Below, in pieces: positions 1 through 12,745 of a stretch of DNA of 64,000 nucleotides. The notes beneath the pieces were generated by a model. The model saw only the letters and a list, made by a program, of their open reading frames with translations. It made no database searches and had not been told where the DNA came from. Positions within the stretch are counted from its first letter, which is position 1. Each line of letters begins with the position of its first letter. Made by a program: the position numbers and the translations under genes. Origin of the DNA: Octopus bimaculoides (lineage: Eukaryota); NCBI RefSeq assembly GCF_001194135.2, contig NC_069003.1, forward strand, positions 2,909,540 to 2,973,539, read 5' to 3'.

Positions 1-355
1 ATAACTTAATATACAAATGCATAGAATAATCAATTATATATATATATATATATATATATNNNNNNNNNNNNNNNNNNNNNNNNNNNNNNNNNNNNNNNNN
101 NNNNNNNNNNNNNNNNNNNNNNNNNNNNNNNNNNNNNNNNNNNNNNNNNNNNNNNNNNNNNNNNNNNNNNNNNNNNNNNNNNNNNNNNNNNNNNNNNNNN
201 NNNNNNNNNNNNNNNNNNNNNNNNNNNNNNNNNNNNNNNNNNNNNNNNNNNNNNNNNNNNNNNNNNNNNNNNNNNNNNNNNNNNNNNNNNNNNNNNNNNN
301 NNNNNNNNNNNNNNNNNNNNNNNNNNNNNNNNNNNNNNNNNNNNNNNNNNNNNNN

Positions 356-395
<40 letters not shown>

Positions 396-2199
396 GCCTG
401 TGTATAGGTATTCTCATGTGATAATCTATGCATGATGGTATTTATATGTCTGTGCCTGCGTGGTTGCTTATATATATAAACGTATTTTTTTTTGTGTGCA
501 TTTGTGTGTGCAAGATTGCGAAATATTTCTCCAGCTTCTGTTATCTGAAACGTGAATGACCTTTCTAACATCCTCTCAGATATTAAATCTTTACGTCCTG
601 AATCTGTAATACTGTGACATCTATTATTCATTCTGCATTTCACGCTGTAGTTATACGTAAACGAAATTAATATTTTTGGGTTTATGTTATGCAAAATTTG
701 CCATTTAGGCGGTATTAAACGAATTCGAACATTAGAGTTATATAAAACTAAATTTCGTATCGGTCGAAATGTTAGAATATTGGTGCATGAAACCATATTT
801 AATATTTTGGTACGAAAACCAAAGCATATCGCTGTTGCCTTTGTTTATATTTCATACTAAATGTTTTAAAGAAGTGTATAATTGTCCGGCTTAAATGTAT
901 TTTAGGGCCCAGAATGCACGTTGTTTTGTGCTTAGAATATTTCTATTAGATTTGTATCAATATAAGGATTCACTATTAGAGGAAAATTTTGAAAGAATTA
1001 GCGTTTGATTTGTAATAAAACGGAACATTCATCAAGTGTATCCGAAGGCCAGCTTGAGGTGCCCTGTAAATGCAGTGATGTGTAATGTGATCACTAACTT
1101 TTCTAGTCAAACGGAATAATTGTTTGATAAGAGAATATTCAATCCACATTCTTTTCACTTCCTGTAATCTCAGCGTCAACACCTGAAAAGCACGATAGCA
1201 TCTGAGTCGTACTAACCTTGCTTACGTTTATTTGGAAGGAGTTGTCATCGCAGGATTGGGATTTTGGCTCACAAAATTTATAACAAGTGAAAACTCAAAC
1301 AAACTAAATTTACTATTAGAATTAGAAAACCAAACTTAATGCTTGTCAATGCTTATTTAATTTTCAGCTTGTATGAAACTATCTCTTCCCATTTGGTTTG
1401 TATGAAGACAATCGTATTAATTTAAATGCAGCAAACCCAAATGTTATCAGTAAAATGCGTTGAACTGGTTAATATTACAGATGAATAAACTAATTTTCTT
1501 AAAAGTTATTCATTAAGCAAAAATCAGCTAAAAATCAGATTAAACAAAATTTTTAGTAACTATATTTCAAATCAAATATTCATTAGGTGAAATGGAAACA
1601 AACATGAGTGATATACCAAATTAATTTTAAATGTTGGATGTATCTATGCAAGACTTAGCATTAAATGAAACCAAATAGCGCGTTAACCATCGAAGAAAAC
1701 AAATGGAACATAGTCGTTGTAAGGAGCTTACATTTACGGAAATATAAAGAAAACTACAAAAAATCTATTGACAGGCATTGACAAGGCTTAATAGGGCCGA
1801 AATTCATGTAGCGCAGTAGCAAACCGCTATCGAGACGACAGGCTTCGTCTGACTCCGATATATATTGTATTTTTAAACACAGCATATGCATAAAAGATTT
1901 TATCTCGGTGGAAGACCGCAATTAATTAGTTGTCAACGATATATATATATATATACTTTAGATATGAAACATTACATAGATAACCATTTTTATTGACTAA
2001 TGTTTCATTTCCATATATTAGATTGGAGAATTGTATGAAAACTGTATCACAAATACTAACCTGTGATACTAATTTTAAACTTTATTCTATATATAAATAT
2101 ACATACAAAAATGCATACACAAATACATACATACATACATACATACATACATACATACATACATACATACATACATACCTATATATATACCGTTGACCG

Positions 2200-2271
2200 A
2201 ACACTATTCAATTTTTTTCTCCGTGTTCTTCTCCTTGTCTCCGTATTCTTTCTGTTGAAGAGCGTAGCTCG
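2200..2271 (+). ncRNA. 5' half of a minimal hammerhead-like motif in a pyrimidine-rich repeat (Penelope-like pLTR type), cut by a gap
   Basis: TCTTT (2247-51), CTGTTGA (2252-58), A, GAGC-GTA-GCTC hairpin (2260-70), G, then N. It overlaps the repeat copy at 30605, which supplies GAAAC-GTA-AAAGA. Confidence 0.4.
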
Positions 2272-2863
2272 NNNNNNNNNNTATATATATATACATATAT
2301 ATGTATGTGTGTGTGTGTGTATGTATGTATCAATCATCTTATTTGATATTTGAGCTGTATCAATAAATTTTAAGAACAGTGCTAAATCAAAAACATGAAA
2401 AAGTATTAGTGCTCTACAGAGCAATATTTCACCTTCTAATCAAGGTTTCTCCATATCCAAGATTTATCTGAGTTTTTCTAGTATCTAACCTTTTGTATCT
2501 TGCATTTCATAGAGAGAAACACACCCAGTTACTTGATAGATCGAATCTTTTCGATGTTACAATAAACCATAGGGTCTAAATTATTTCAGTGAACAAATGA
2601 TTCCATCTGTCACTAAATAATTAGTTTTCTGTAATTATTCATCTGATAAGGCATCACCATTTTATGTCCATAAACAAAGATTAGAAGGAAAAAAGGAAAA
2701 AAAGTTTTTTGTAAAAACATTCGAAACAACTCAATTTTTCTTTGAGAAAAACAAAAGTAAAACAAAATTAGAATTAAAAATGTCTTCTGTAATATTCTGA
2801 CATCTATTAATGTCATCTTCAATATTTTGATGTTTGAACTAAAAATATAGACATCTGCGCGAA

Positions 2864-2926
<63 letters not shown>

Positions 2927-3159
2927 CCTTGTTGTACCACTCTTATGAATTTATATATATATATATACATGCATACATACTCACACAGACACACCCATAT
3001 GCATAAATATATGTAATACATTGTTAGTGAGCTTGAGTCTTGCTTGCTTGTAATGTTACTCACCGAAAGTGGTGCATACTGGGAAAATGCTATGGATTAA
3101 GTTTTCCCTGAAATGTGAATACGAACGGAATAAAACAACATAGACAGCAGTCTTGTCGG

Positions 3160-3313
3160 AAGACTTGTCATCTGTTGCCTGCCAAGTCGACTGGAGCATC
3201 GTGAAATAATGTTTGGTGCCAAAGAACACAATGCATCGCCAGATCCAGGAATCGATACCGAAACCTTAAGAACATAAGTGCAGCAGACCAACCACTAGGT
3301 CACGCACTCACCA
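3160..3313 (-). mobile_element. tRNA-derived SINE, family B (head plus TGTGTTCTTGAGCAA...CTCCAGT central domain)
   Basis: The reverse complement reads GTGACCTAGTGGTT (A-box-like), TCGATTCC (B-box-like), then CATTGTGTTCTTTGGCACCAAACATTATTTCACGATGCTCCAGTC. It aligns by eye to the copies at 7150, 30095, 34470, 35635 and 37695. Confidence 0.8.
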
Positions 3314-3347
3314 CATATATACACATTTGTGTGTGTATAACTACGTA

Positions 3348-3469
<122 letters not shown>

Positions 3470-3900
3470 AAGATAGATATATGTATAAATACACACACAC
3501 ACACATATATGCATACACACACAGGCTTCCACGTATATGTATGTATATCTCTATCTCTCTCTATATATATGTGTGTGTGTGTGACTACATATGTAGAAGC
3601 TACAGATATGAAAAAGCTCTGTGAGGAAGACGAGCATTAATTATTGTAATCTTATGACATAAAGAAAAAAAATTACATATATATACAAATGTATAGTTGC
3701 ATCAATGTCGACATCAAATACACTCGGGGACCAATCAAATACGATTTCGCCATGTTTAGTGATAGATTATTCTCAACTCAACTTAGCGTTTCGAAATTCG
3801 GTTCATATGGATGTATCAATGTCCTGATAAATACACTAAAAATACGTGTGTGTGTGTGTGCGTGCGTGTGTGTGTGTGTGCGTATGTGTGTGTGAGTGTT

Positions 3901-3940
<40 letters not shown>

Positions 3941-4344
3941 NNNNNNNNNNNNNNNNNNNNNNNNNNNNNNNNNNNNNNNNNNNNNNNNNNNNNNNNNNNN
4001 NNNNNNNNNNNNNNNNNNNNNNNNNNNNNNNNNNNNNNNNNNNNNNNNNNNNNNNNNNNNNNNNNNNNNNNNNNNNNNNNNNNNNNNNNNNNNNNNNNNN
4101 NNNNNNNNNNNNNNNNNNNNNNNNNNNNNNNNNNNNNNNNNNNNNNNNNNNNNNNNNNNNNNNNNNNNNNNNNNNNNNNNNNNNNNNNNTATATAGATAG
4201 ATAGATAGATATGCACACATGTGTGAGTGTTTGTAGTTATGTCTGCAGATAGATTTTTGTGAATATATAATATATAATTACTGGTATATGCAAACATATT
4301 TCTAATAAGTTATATACTGATGCACCCCCCACACACAAACACAC

Positions 4345-4565
4345 ATCTATATGTACATTGATAGAAAGTGCATGCGCACACATGTTTCTTCAAAGACATT
4401 ATCATTGACAAGTAGAAATGCTACACACATACACACACACACATACACACGGACATACATACACACGCATCTACATATATATCGATACAAAAGTGCATGC
4501 GCACAGAGACATCTTCAAAGGCAGTCTCATCGACAACTAGAAATTACAAACAAACACTCACACGC
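4345..4565 (+). repeat. Diverged tandem duplication of a ~120 bp unit
   Basis: CATCTATATGTACATTGATAGAAAGTGCATGCGCACACATGTTTCTTCAAAGACATTATCATTGACAAGTAGAAAT vs CATCTACATATATATCGATACAAAAGTGCATGCGCACAGAGACATCTTCAAAGGCAGTCTCATCGACAACTAGAAAT. Confidence 0.8.
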
Positions 4566-4640
4566 AGACAAACACACACTCGCGCATACAAAGACACACA
4601 AATACAACCATGCAAGCACAAACGCTCACACACACACACA

Positions 4641-4684
<44 letters not shown>

Positions 4685-5582
4685 TAACTATATTACAGAT
4701 GGCGTAACTTGTACGGTTAATAAAGACGCTGTGGAATATTGAATAGATAAATTACATGAGAACATGTGATGAGACANNNNNNNNNNNNNNNNNNNNNNNN
4801 NNNNNNNNNNNNNNNNNNNNNNNNNNNNNNNNNNNNNNNNNNNNNNNNNNNNNNNNNNNNNNNNNNNNNNNNNNNNNNNNNNNNNNNNNNNNNNNNNNNN
4901 NNNNNNNNNNNNNNNNNNNNNNNNNNNNNNNNNNNNNNNNNNNNNNNNNNNNNNNNNNNNNNNNNNNNNNNNNNNNNNNNNNNNNNNNNNNNNNNNNNNN
5001 NNNNNNNNNNNNNNNNNNNNNNNNNNNNNNNNNNNNNNNNNNNNNNNNNNNNNNNNNNNNNNNNNNNNNNNNNNNNNNNNNNNNNNNNNNNNNNNNNNNN
5101 NNNNNNNNNNNNNNNNNNNNNNNNNNNNNNNNNNNNNNNNNNNNNNNNNNNNNNNNNNNNNNNNNNNNNNNNNNNNNNNNNNNNNNNNNNNNNNNNNNNN
5201 NNNNNNNNNNNNNNNNNNNNNNNNNNNNNNNNNNNNNNNNNNNNNNNNNNNNNNNNNNNNNNNNNNNNNNNNNNNNNNNNNNNNNNNNNNNNNNNNNNNN
5301 NNNNNNNNNNNNNNNNNNNNNNNNNNNNNNNNNNNNNNNNNNNNNNNNNNNNNNNNNNNNNNNNNNNNNNNNNNNNNNNNNNNNNNNNNNNNNNNATATA
5401 TATATATATATATACACACACACAGGTATATATCTGCATGCATATATGTATACACAGATGTATACATATGTACGGTTTTTGATGAATGCTCAGAACTGGT
5501 CGTTAGCTTGTAGACATTGATGTATGGGAAACAATACTTGTTTATACACACACACACATACACACATACACAAACAAACAAA

Positions 5583-5628
<46 letters not shown>

Positions 5629-6038
5629 CTTATATACATATATTTATATATATGTATCTATGTATCTATGCATTTGTCTTTATACCAAATATAACGTATA
5701 CTCCATGCCCATCATTATAGATATATATATATATCGATCTAGCAATTCATCGATCGAGTCGTTTATATGTTCATGCCTGTATTTACGTGGATATAACATA
5801 ACAGTATAATGTCATATCGGTTGCCTTTTTCTTTTATCACCTTCTGTCTTGTTTTTTCTCTTCATTTTACTCATTCTCTTTCTTTCACTGTTCTTTGTAC
5901 TCCGAATGCATACAGAAATAAAGATAGCTCGGACGCAGAGGCAGACAAATAGACATGCATCACACACACACACACACACATTTACACATACACACACACA
6001 CATACACACACACACACACACACGCACACATACACACA

Positions 6039-6106
<68 letters not shown>

Positions 6107-7149
6107 CATGCCTCCATAGTGAGTAATGAGTCGAGTAGGAAAGTAAAGTAAATTTCAGTCTCCTGTTTAAATTTAAAAAAAAAAAAAGAAAATAGCAGCG
6201 ACTTTGTTAAACATGTATTTTCTCTATTTGTCTCGAAACGAAATCGACTCATGTTTCAACTGTCTTTAAATTCGCATAGAATAACAATTACTCCATTTTT
6301 TAGCGGTTTATACCTATTCATATTATGCACACAATTATCTTTATAAGGATTCTTGGGAAATACGAACTTTAATAATTTCTTCGTCCTATTTCAATCAGTG
6401 ACTTTGTAGATATTCCTAGCAGTTTTTTATAATTTCCAAGATTTCCGTTATGCCTTTAATTACTTTTAATATTTGTGTTTATTTCAAACGTACCATTCAC
6501 ACTCTCGATGTTTTTGTCAAGCGAAATAAGAGCGATTTTATATGCACAACTCAACGAAACTGTTTCATCTATTTTTCATAACAATACAAGCGCTGGCAGG
6601 GTAAATGTTTTAATAATTACTAGTATTTCAGAAGGTTGCGATAAAAATATATTTGAGGCAATGAACGAAATGTATAGGCATTTAACCTTACTGTTGAAAT
6701 ATATAGAGAGAAGCTACACTCCAAATTTTCTCATGCGCTACTTAACAAAATATCATAGCCAGATTCGCTTAAGCAATTGGTAAATTTTCATCAATGCTTG
6801 GTTGTTCTTTTAAGAACTCAGACTCGAGAGTTATTTACTCATTTTATTCCTTTGGGCCACAGAGTATCGATGGTCTTTCTCCACTGTTCGGACACTATGT
6901 TGCGGGAGATCCTCCTCGCTCAGAACATTTATATGTGATACTAGCGCATAAAGTTATGGGATGCACTTCTGTCTATGACGAACTGCTTGAGATTTGGTCT
7001 TCTTGTGGTTTCTTGCTTTCCTTGATTTATTCTATCTATTCTCACTTTTTTATTTTTATACAACTAAAAACCACACAACCATCTTTTATTGTATTATACT
7101 ATACATAAAAAAAAACATTCAAAGGTCCCTTCCCAGCCATAAACTCATC

Positions 7150-7370
7150 AATCCGGTTTCTTGGATTCCACGCTGTGCATATTCACCCTTGGACGGGACA
7201 CATGTATATCACAGGATCACTCATTTTTGCCAGCTGAGTGGTATGGAGCAACGTGAAATGAAATGCTTTGCTCGAGAAGACAAGGCATCACCCGGTTCAG
7301 TATTCGAAACTACAGTCATATTATCAAGGGAGCAATTCACTAAACGCCAATCGACGCCAAGCCACGTCCT
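7150..7370 (-). mobile_element. SINE family B copy
   Basis: CTCATTTTTGCCAGCTGAGTGGTATGGAGCAACGTGAAATGAAATGCTTTGCTCGAGAAGACAAGGCATC is the reverse complement of the family B central domain. TGGACGGGACAC and CCGGTTTC match the tail seen at 35770-35820. Confidence 0.8.
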
Positions 7371-8467
7371 TACATATATTGTACACACAGCAATATACAC
7401 AAACATAGAGCATTCCCGTGATTTTTGTGAGCCAATGCGAAGCGTGCGAATTCCCGATATTCATTTATTTTCCCCTGGGAATGGAGCTAAGACCTGTGCG
7501 AAACGGTAAATGGTTCATTGATTCTAGAGACAGGATACCGATTCAAGAACAAGGATATATGGAAAATCTTTATTTAATTCTAACAAACCTGAAAACATTT
7601 GTGTCTTCCATAAAAAAAAAAACACATAGATTCACAATCGCAATCCCGGAAATAACGCACAGGCTTTTTTGACAATAGATTCCTTATTACTAAATTCGAG
7701 AGAATCTATACTGGGGAGCCTGATAACTTATTAGAAGACAAGTAGCTAAGATGTTGTTGTGCAGCAACGTGCAAAGGACACACGTTCTGTATTTTCAGAG
7801 TGAAGCAACATTTTTAATCACAACCACACACACACAAACACAGTAAAGTAATTTTCACTAATACACGCTATATCGACGCCCTCATGTCTCCCTCTTATAC
7901 TCAGTAAAATATCTAGTTAGCTTCAGTGCGACCTGAACTTAAATATATAACAATCCATTAAAATCTCCCGCAAAGAAATAATAGAACATCATTATTTACC
8001 ATAGAAATCCTAAATGAATGAAATAAAGAGAGAAAAATATATTGAAAGACAAAAACTATAACGAAACAAAAGAGTACAGACCTTTTAGACATTAATCGTT
8101 TGATTGAATAGTTATCTTCATATTGTTATGGCCTTGGGTTAATCTTTATAGCTTTCCATCTCCGAATTTAAATATACCCCTGGCATTAATAGAAAAAGCC
8201 ATAATGATATATTTTAGATTATTCTATAAGCTACATCCGAGAAATTTAATAACTCACATTGGGATCAATTTTTTCCTAACACCACTAGGCAGCCAGCCAA
8301 CCAGCCAGTTAGACCGCCCGCCTAGCAGCCTGCCTACTTACTATAAACATATTTTCTCAATCACTTCGACACACTGGAATTTCCTTCTCTCTATATTATC
8401 CCGCATTTTGATATACATACACATATATAATATATATATACATATATAAATATATATATTCTCAGAC

Positions 8468-8531
<64 letters not shown>

Positions 8532-9921
8532 ATATATGTATATATGTATATATTTACACAGACATATATACATACATATCTGTGAATATATACATTTGTA
8601 TATGTATATATAAATGTGTATATATGTATATAGATAGATAAATATATAAACAGATAGATAGATAGATATATAAATAGATATATATACAGATAAATAAATA
8701 GATGAGTACGCGAACATTTTCTCTATGTGTTTGTTTGTGTATGTCTGTGTGTCAGTATCACTGTATGTGTGTATGTATGTATGTGTACGTGTACGTCTAT
8801 GTGTTTGGGTGAGTGAGTGTGCGTTTAAACGTATTGGATATTCTTCCTTATCCCCAGATCGGATTTATTTCACTGGCGAAACGAATATACTCTCCTTCAA
8901 AGATACTCCTGTCCCTTGCAATTCAAACGAACAAGCAATAAAACAAGTGATATATACCTAGCTACCTACATACATACATATAGGCATTTACACATACATA
9001 TACACAAACACAGAAACACATACACACGCACACACACATATATATTCTATTCTTCTATTATTCGATTGCTCTTTCGTTTTTGTTCCTTTTTCTCTCTTCG
9101 TTTCTCTAATTCTTTTTATATCCCCTTCTCCCCACCCCCGTTTCTTTTCCTTCTTGTCCTTTCTCTAATTTTTCCTCTCCCTTTTACCAGTCACTCTCTA
9201 TCGATCACTCTCCCACACTCCTAAACCGTTGCCCTCTCGTGGCTCCCACGTGACCATCGGTCATCTTTCATTCTTTTCCTAACTTGTGTTTCTTTCTTTC
9301 CTTCTGATTCAGATGGACGAATCGAACGAATTTTTGTCTGTCTCTTGTCCAAGCTTGCTTCTCTGCGTTCGCCACCTCACTTCGTTAAGGCTTAACAGCG
9401 CTTCCTGCTTGTTTTCACTGTCCTTCTCTTTGTTACCAATTTTGACCGTTCGTAAAATCCCAAATTTGTATGTAATTTGCTTTGCGGGAGCAACTGTTTT
9501 ATCGAAGGCGCACCTTGTCGTTGAATTGCTCGAATTACAGATAAGAAAAACAGCCGAAAACTCATAAAGGGTCGTTCGTAATGTTATTTCTCTTGTTTTT
9601 CATATGTTTGTATCGTTGTTGCAAAAAAAAAGTTCATATTCCATATATTCGTATTTCGTATATCATGTTTTCGTTTATTTGTGTTGTTTACGTTCCGTGA
9701 CATCCTGTGCCCATATATGCATATGTATATACGTATAGTTGTAAGTATGTACATATACGTATGAATATATACATACATACATATATATATATATANNNNN
9801 NNNNNNNNNNNNNNNNNNNNNNNNNNNNNNNNNNNNNNNNNNNNNNNNNNNNNNNNNNNNNNNNNNNNNNNNNNNNNNNNNNNNNNNNNNNNNNNNNTGT
9901 TATTTAGATTACATATTTGTA

Positions 9922-9979
9922 TACATATATATGGAGTAGTGACAGAGTACGACCGTTTCAAGCGGCTCCATTTAGTTGA
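9922..9979. repeat. Short dispersed hairpin motif, copy 1 (copy 2 at 13650-13705)
   Basis: ATGGAGTAGTGACAGAGTACGACCGTTTCAAGCGGCTCCATTTAGTTGA has about 43 of 49 nt identical to the 13658-13705 copy. ATGGAG/CTCCAT forms an inverted repeat. Confidence 0.75.
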
Positions 9980-10204
9980 ACAATGCAATCATTACATCAA
10001 TTTAAAATTCAATGCCATCTTCAGCTGCACAAATACATAAATATAATTTTAACCAGTCGGACGCATTAATATAATGTTTTCTCAAATACTTGATACCCTG
10101 TTGCTTATTTTGGTGTTATTCACCTTCGAACTGTGCATAATAACATACTGACTTTGTATTTCAACGTAAGTACCTAATTCAACTGAATCTCAAATCCAGA
10201 ACTG

Positions 10205-10350
10205 AATCTACGAAATCCACTCACAAGGCTTTGGTCGGCCCGATGCTATAGTAGAAGGCACTTGCTCAAGATGTTACACAGCCTGACTGAACCCAGAACC
10301 ACTTGATTGGGAAGCAAACGTCTTACCACACTGCCACATCTGCACCTAGA
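10205..10350 (-). mobile_element. SINE family A, 5' half (tRNA head plus CORE-like CTTGGGCAAGTGTCTTCTAC domain)
   Basis: CCACTCACAAGGCTTTGGTCGGCCCGATGCTATAGTAGAAGGCACTTGCTCAAG...GGGAAGCAAACGTCTTACCACACTGCCAC recurs at 12612, 27512 and 58980. Confidence 0.85.
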
Positions 10351-10765
10351 CATACACGCATATACGTCCGTTTGTTTCATCTGTGTATATTTTATTTGTC
10401 TTGTACGCTTATGTATGTTTTGTTGTAGCCGTGTCGCTTGTGGTGGTTATCGAAGTAACGATGTCAATAGAGGCTAATTATCAAGTTATGTTTACATATT
10501 CGACAAGAATTTGCACTCTGTAGAACACAGTCAATCAATAGACTCAACGAATTACAAACAATATACTTTTATTGCTTTTTAACACCACCGCTGTCTAAGT
10601 GTCCAACTTTAAAGCCGATATATGTTGTTCTTGACGTTGTTATTTAGTTCCAAGTTAGTTCGGTTCCAGCGGATTTATGATCAAAGATATTGCAACCATT
10701 CATATCATCTATATACTCTCTCCTTTGTTTTGTAAGACTTGGATTACATTGCCCANNNNNNNNNN

Positions 10766-10800
<35 letters not shown>

Positions 10801-10899
10801 TGTACATATATATGTATGTATATATGTATATATATAAGTGTGTGTGTGTAGGTATATATATGCATATATATGTGTGTGGTATATAGGGGTCCACATAGT

Positions 10900-11240
10900 C
10901 ACCGGATGTTGGTTGAGTGACCATTATACTGGGCTAAAACTTCCACAGAATGACGCAAACCCTAAGGCTTGCTTAAACCTCCTCCTGGTACCAACCTCGA
11001 TCTAAACCAACAGGTGAGGATAACTGCGGGTGTTTGCGCAGCACAACACGCGCAAGCCTATATCTTTATGAAACCTAGAAAAGTCATGGTAAGAGGAGTT
11101 TACTCTGGCAATAGTGAAACCGCAGCGTAGTATAACTAAGTCAAATCTATCTCCTACATGAGTGTACTTTTTCATTCTGTTCACATGACGGCAATAGTAA
11201 CATCCACCCCTAGGGGTCAGCCACACTTAAGTGGCAATAT
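10900..11240 (+). mobile_element. Probable 5' end of a non-LTR (RTE-like) retrotransposon carrying a degenerate HDV-like ribozyme signature
   Basis: This is a GC-richer island between simple repeats. It contains GTTGGT (10908-13), ACC-TCCTCCT-GGT-ACCAACC (10977-96) and CTAA (11002-05), then a short uORF ATGAAACCTAGAAAAGTCATG. The RTE assignment is an inference; no coding domain follows before the gap. Confidence 0.4.
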
Positions 11241-12611
11241 ACTACACTTTATCGTGCAGTTACTGTTAATACTTCATTTAGAGAATTAACATTGCTTATA
11301 TATATATATATATNNNNNNNNNNNNNNNNNNNNNNNNNNNNNNNNNNNNNNNNNNNNNNNNNNNNNNNNNNNNNNNNNNNNNNNNNNNNNNNNNNNNNNN
11401 NNNNNNNNNNNNNNNNNNNNNNNNNNNNNNNNNNNNNNNNNNNNNNNNNNNNNNNNNNNNNNNNNNNNNNNNNNNNNNNNNNNNNNNNNNNNNNNNNNNN
11501 NNNNNNNNNNNNNNNNNNNNNNNNNNNNNNNNNNNNNNNNNNNNNNNNNNNNNNNNNNNNNNNNNNNNNNNNNNNNNNNNNNNNNNNNNNNNNNNNNNNN
11601 NNNNNNNNNNNNNNNNNNNNNNNNNNNNNNNNNNNNNNNNNNNNNNNNNNNNNNNNNNNNNNNNNNNNNNNNNNNNNNNNNNNNNNNNNNNNNNNNNNNN
11701 NNNNNNNNNNNNNNNNNNNNNNNNNNNNNNNNNNNNNNNNNNNNNNATTTGTGCGTTTGCGTATGCGTATGTGCACGTGTTTGTGTATGCGTGTCTGTGT
11801 GCGTTCGGTAATTTTCAATACTTGAGAAAACACGCTTTGTGAATTATGAAAATGAACAGAAAATTTATAAACCGTGAAGAATGCAACTTCTGTAAAAATG
11901 AAATAACATTTATTCTTCTTTCTTACGATATGTCGATCATAAATATAAAAATAAAAAAATCCCAAACGGAACAGAAGTTTTTGAAACAACTGTAATAGAA
12001 CGACATGACTAGAATAAAACAATGTGAAGTAAGTCAATTAGACAATGTTGCCACGGTGGTCTTCTGCCGTATCGAATCTAGAGAAGTACATATGCTCACG
12101 ATCTCTAGTTTAATATTGGATATCAGGATGGAGAAATAACAAACTCCGTTACCACAAGCAACAGGATTAAAATATATCACCTCTGGACTGGACCCATTTT
12201 CGTTTCTTTTCCCACAACCTATTTTTACTTGACAAGGAGTTTCATGATAATAATATGTGAACAAATGCCCTCTTGTTTTCGTGTTTAAAATGTACAATGT
12301 AGAGCTAAGTACTGTGGTACTGGAGGAGATTTCTCACGTATTTCTCTCATGAAAATTTCGTTGATGGCCGAGTGGTACAGTGACTGAATATAAATACAGA
12401 AATCGTTCGAGTATCGTGTGTGTTACATTGGAAAACCTCCCACAAAAATAATTAAAATTCTAAAAAAAAAATAGATACCTAGAAACACGGATATTCTGAG
12501 AAGTCCGCAATATAAATTTACATGTATTATAAGAAAACTCTGCGATGTACTGAGTGCCCCATTGGTGAACAACATACCCTGGCGGGAATTACAAACAAAA
12601 TACTGTGTGCA

Positions 12612-12745
12612 TGACGGGCTTCTTTCCGTCTACCAAATCCAGTCACAAGGCTTTGGTCGGCCCGAGGCTATTGTAGAAGACACTTGCCCAAGGTGCCATG
12701 CAGTTAACTGAATCCGGAACCATATGGTTGGTTCCTGTGCCTATG
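12612..12745 (-). mobile_element. SINE family A, 5' half
   Basis: ACGGGCTTCTTTCCGTCTACCAAATCCAGTCACAAGGCTTTGGTCGGCCCGAGGCTATTGTAGAAGACACTTGCCCAAGGTGCCATGCAG...CCGGAACCATATGGTTGG. Confidence 0.9.

Noticed and set aside
976-1225. Minus-strand acceptor TGCTTTTCAG at 1183 with a GTAAGC donor 43 nt upstream; similar 48-55 nt GT-AG intervals at 60670-60724 and 62281-62328
   Set aside because: The implied introns are very short, the flanking frames stop quickly and no protein is recognisable. Chance matches are likely in AT-rich DNA.
12365-12415. tRNA-like A box (TGGCCGAGTGGT) and partial B box (GTTCGAGT)
   Set aside because: No cloverleaf can be folded. At best this is a decayed SINE head, not a tRNA gene.
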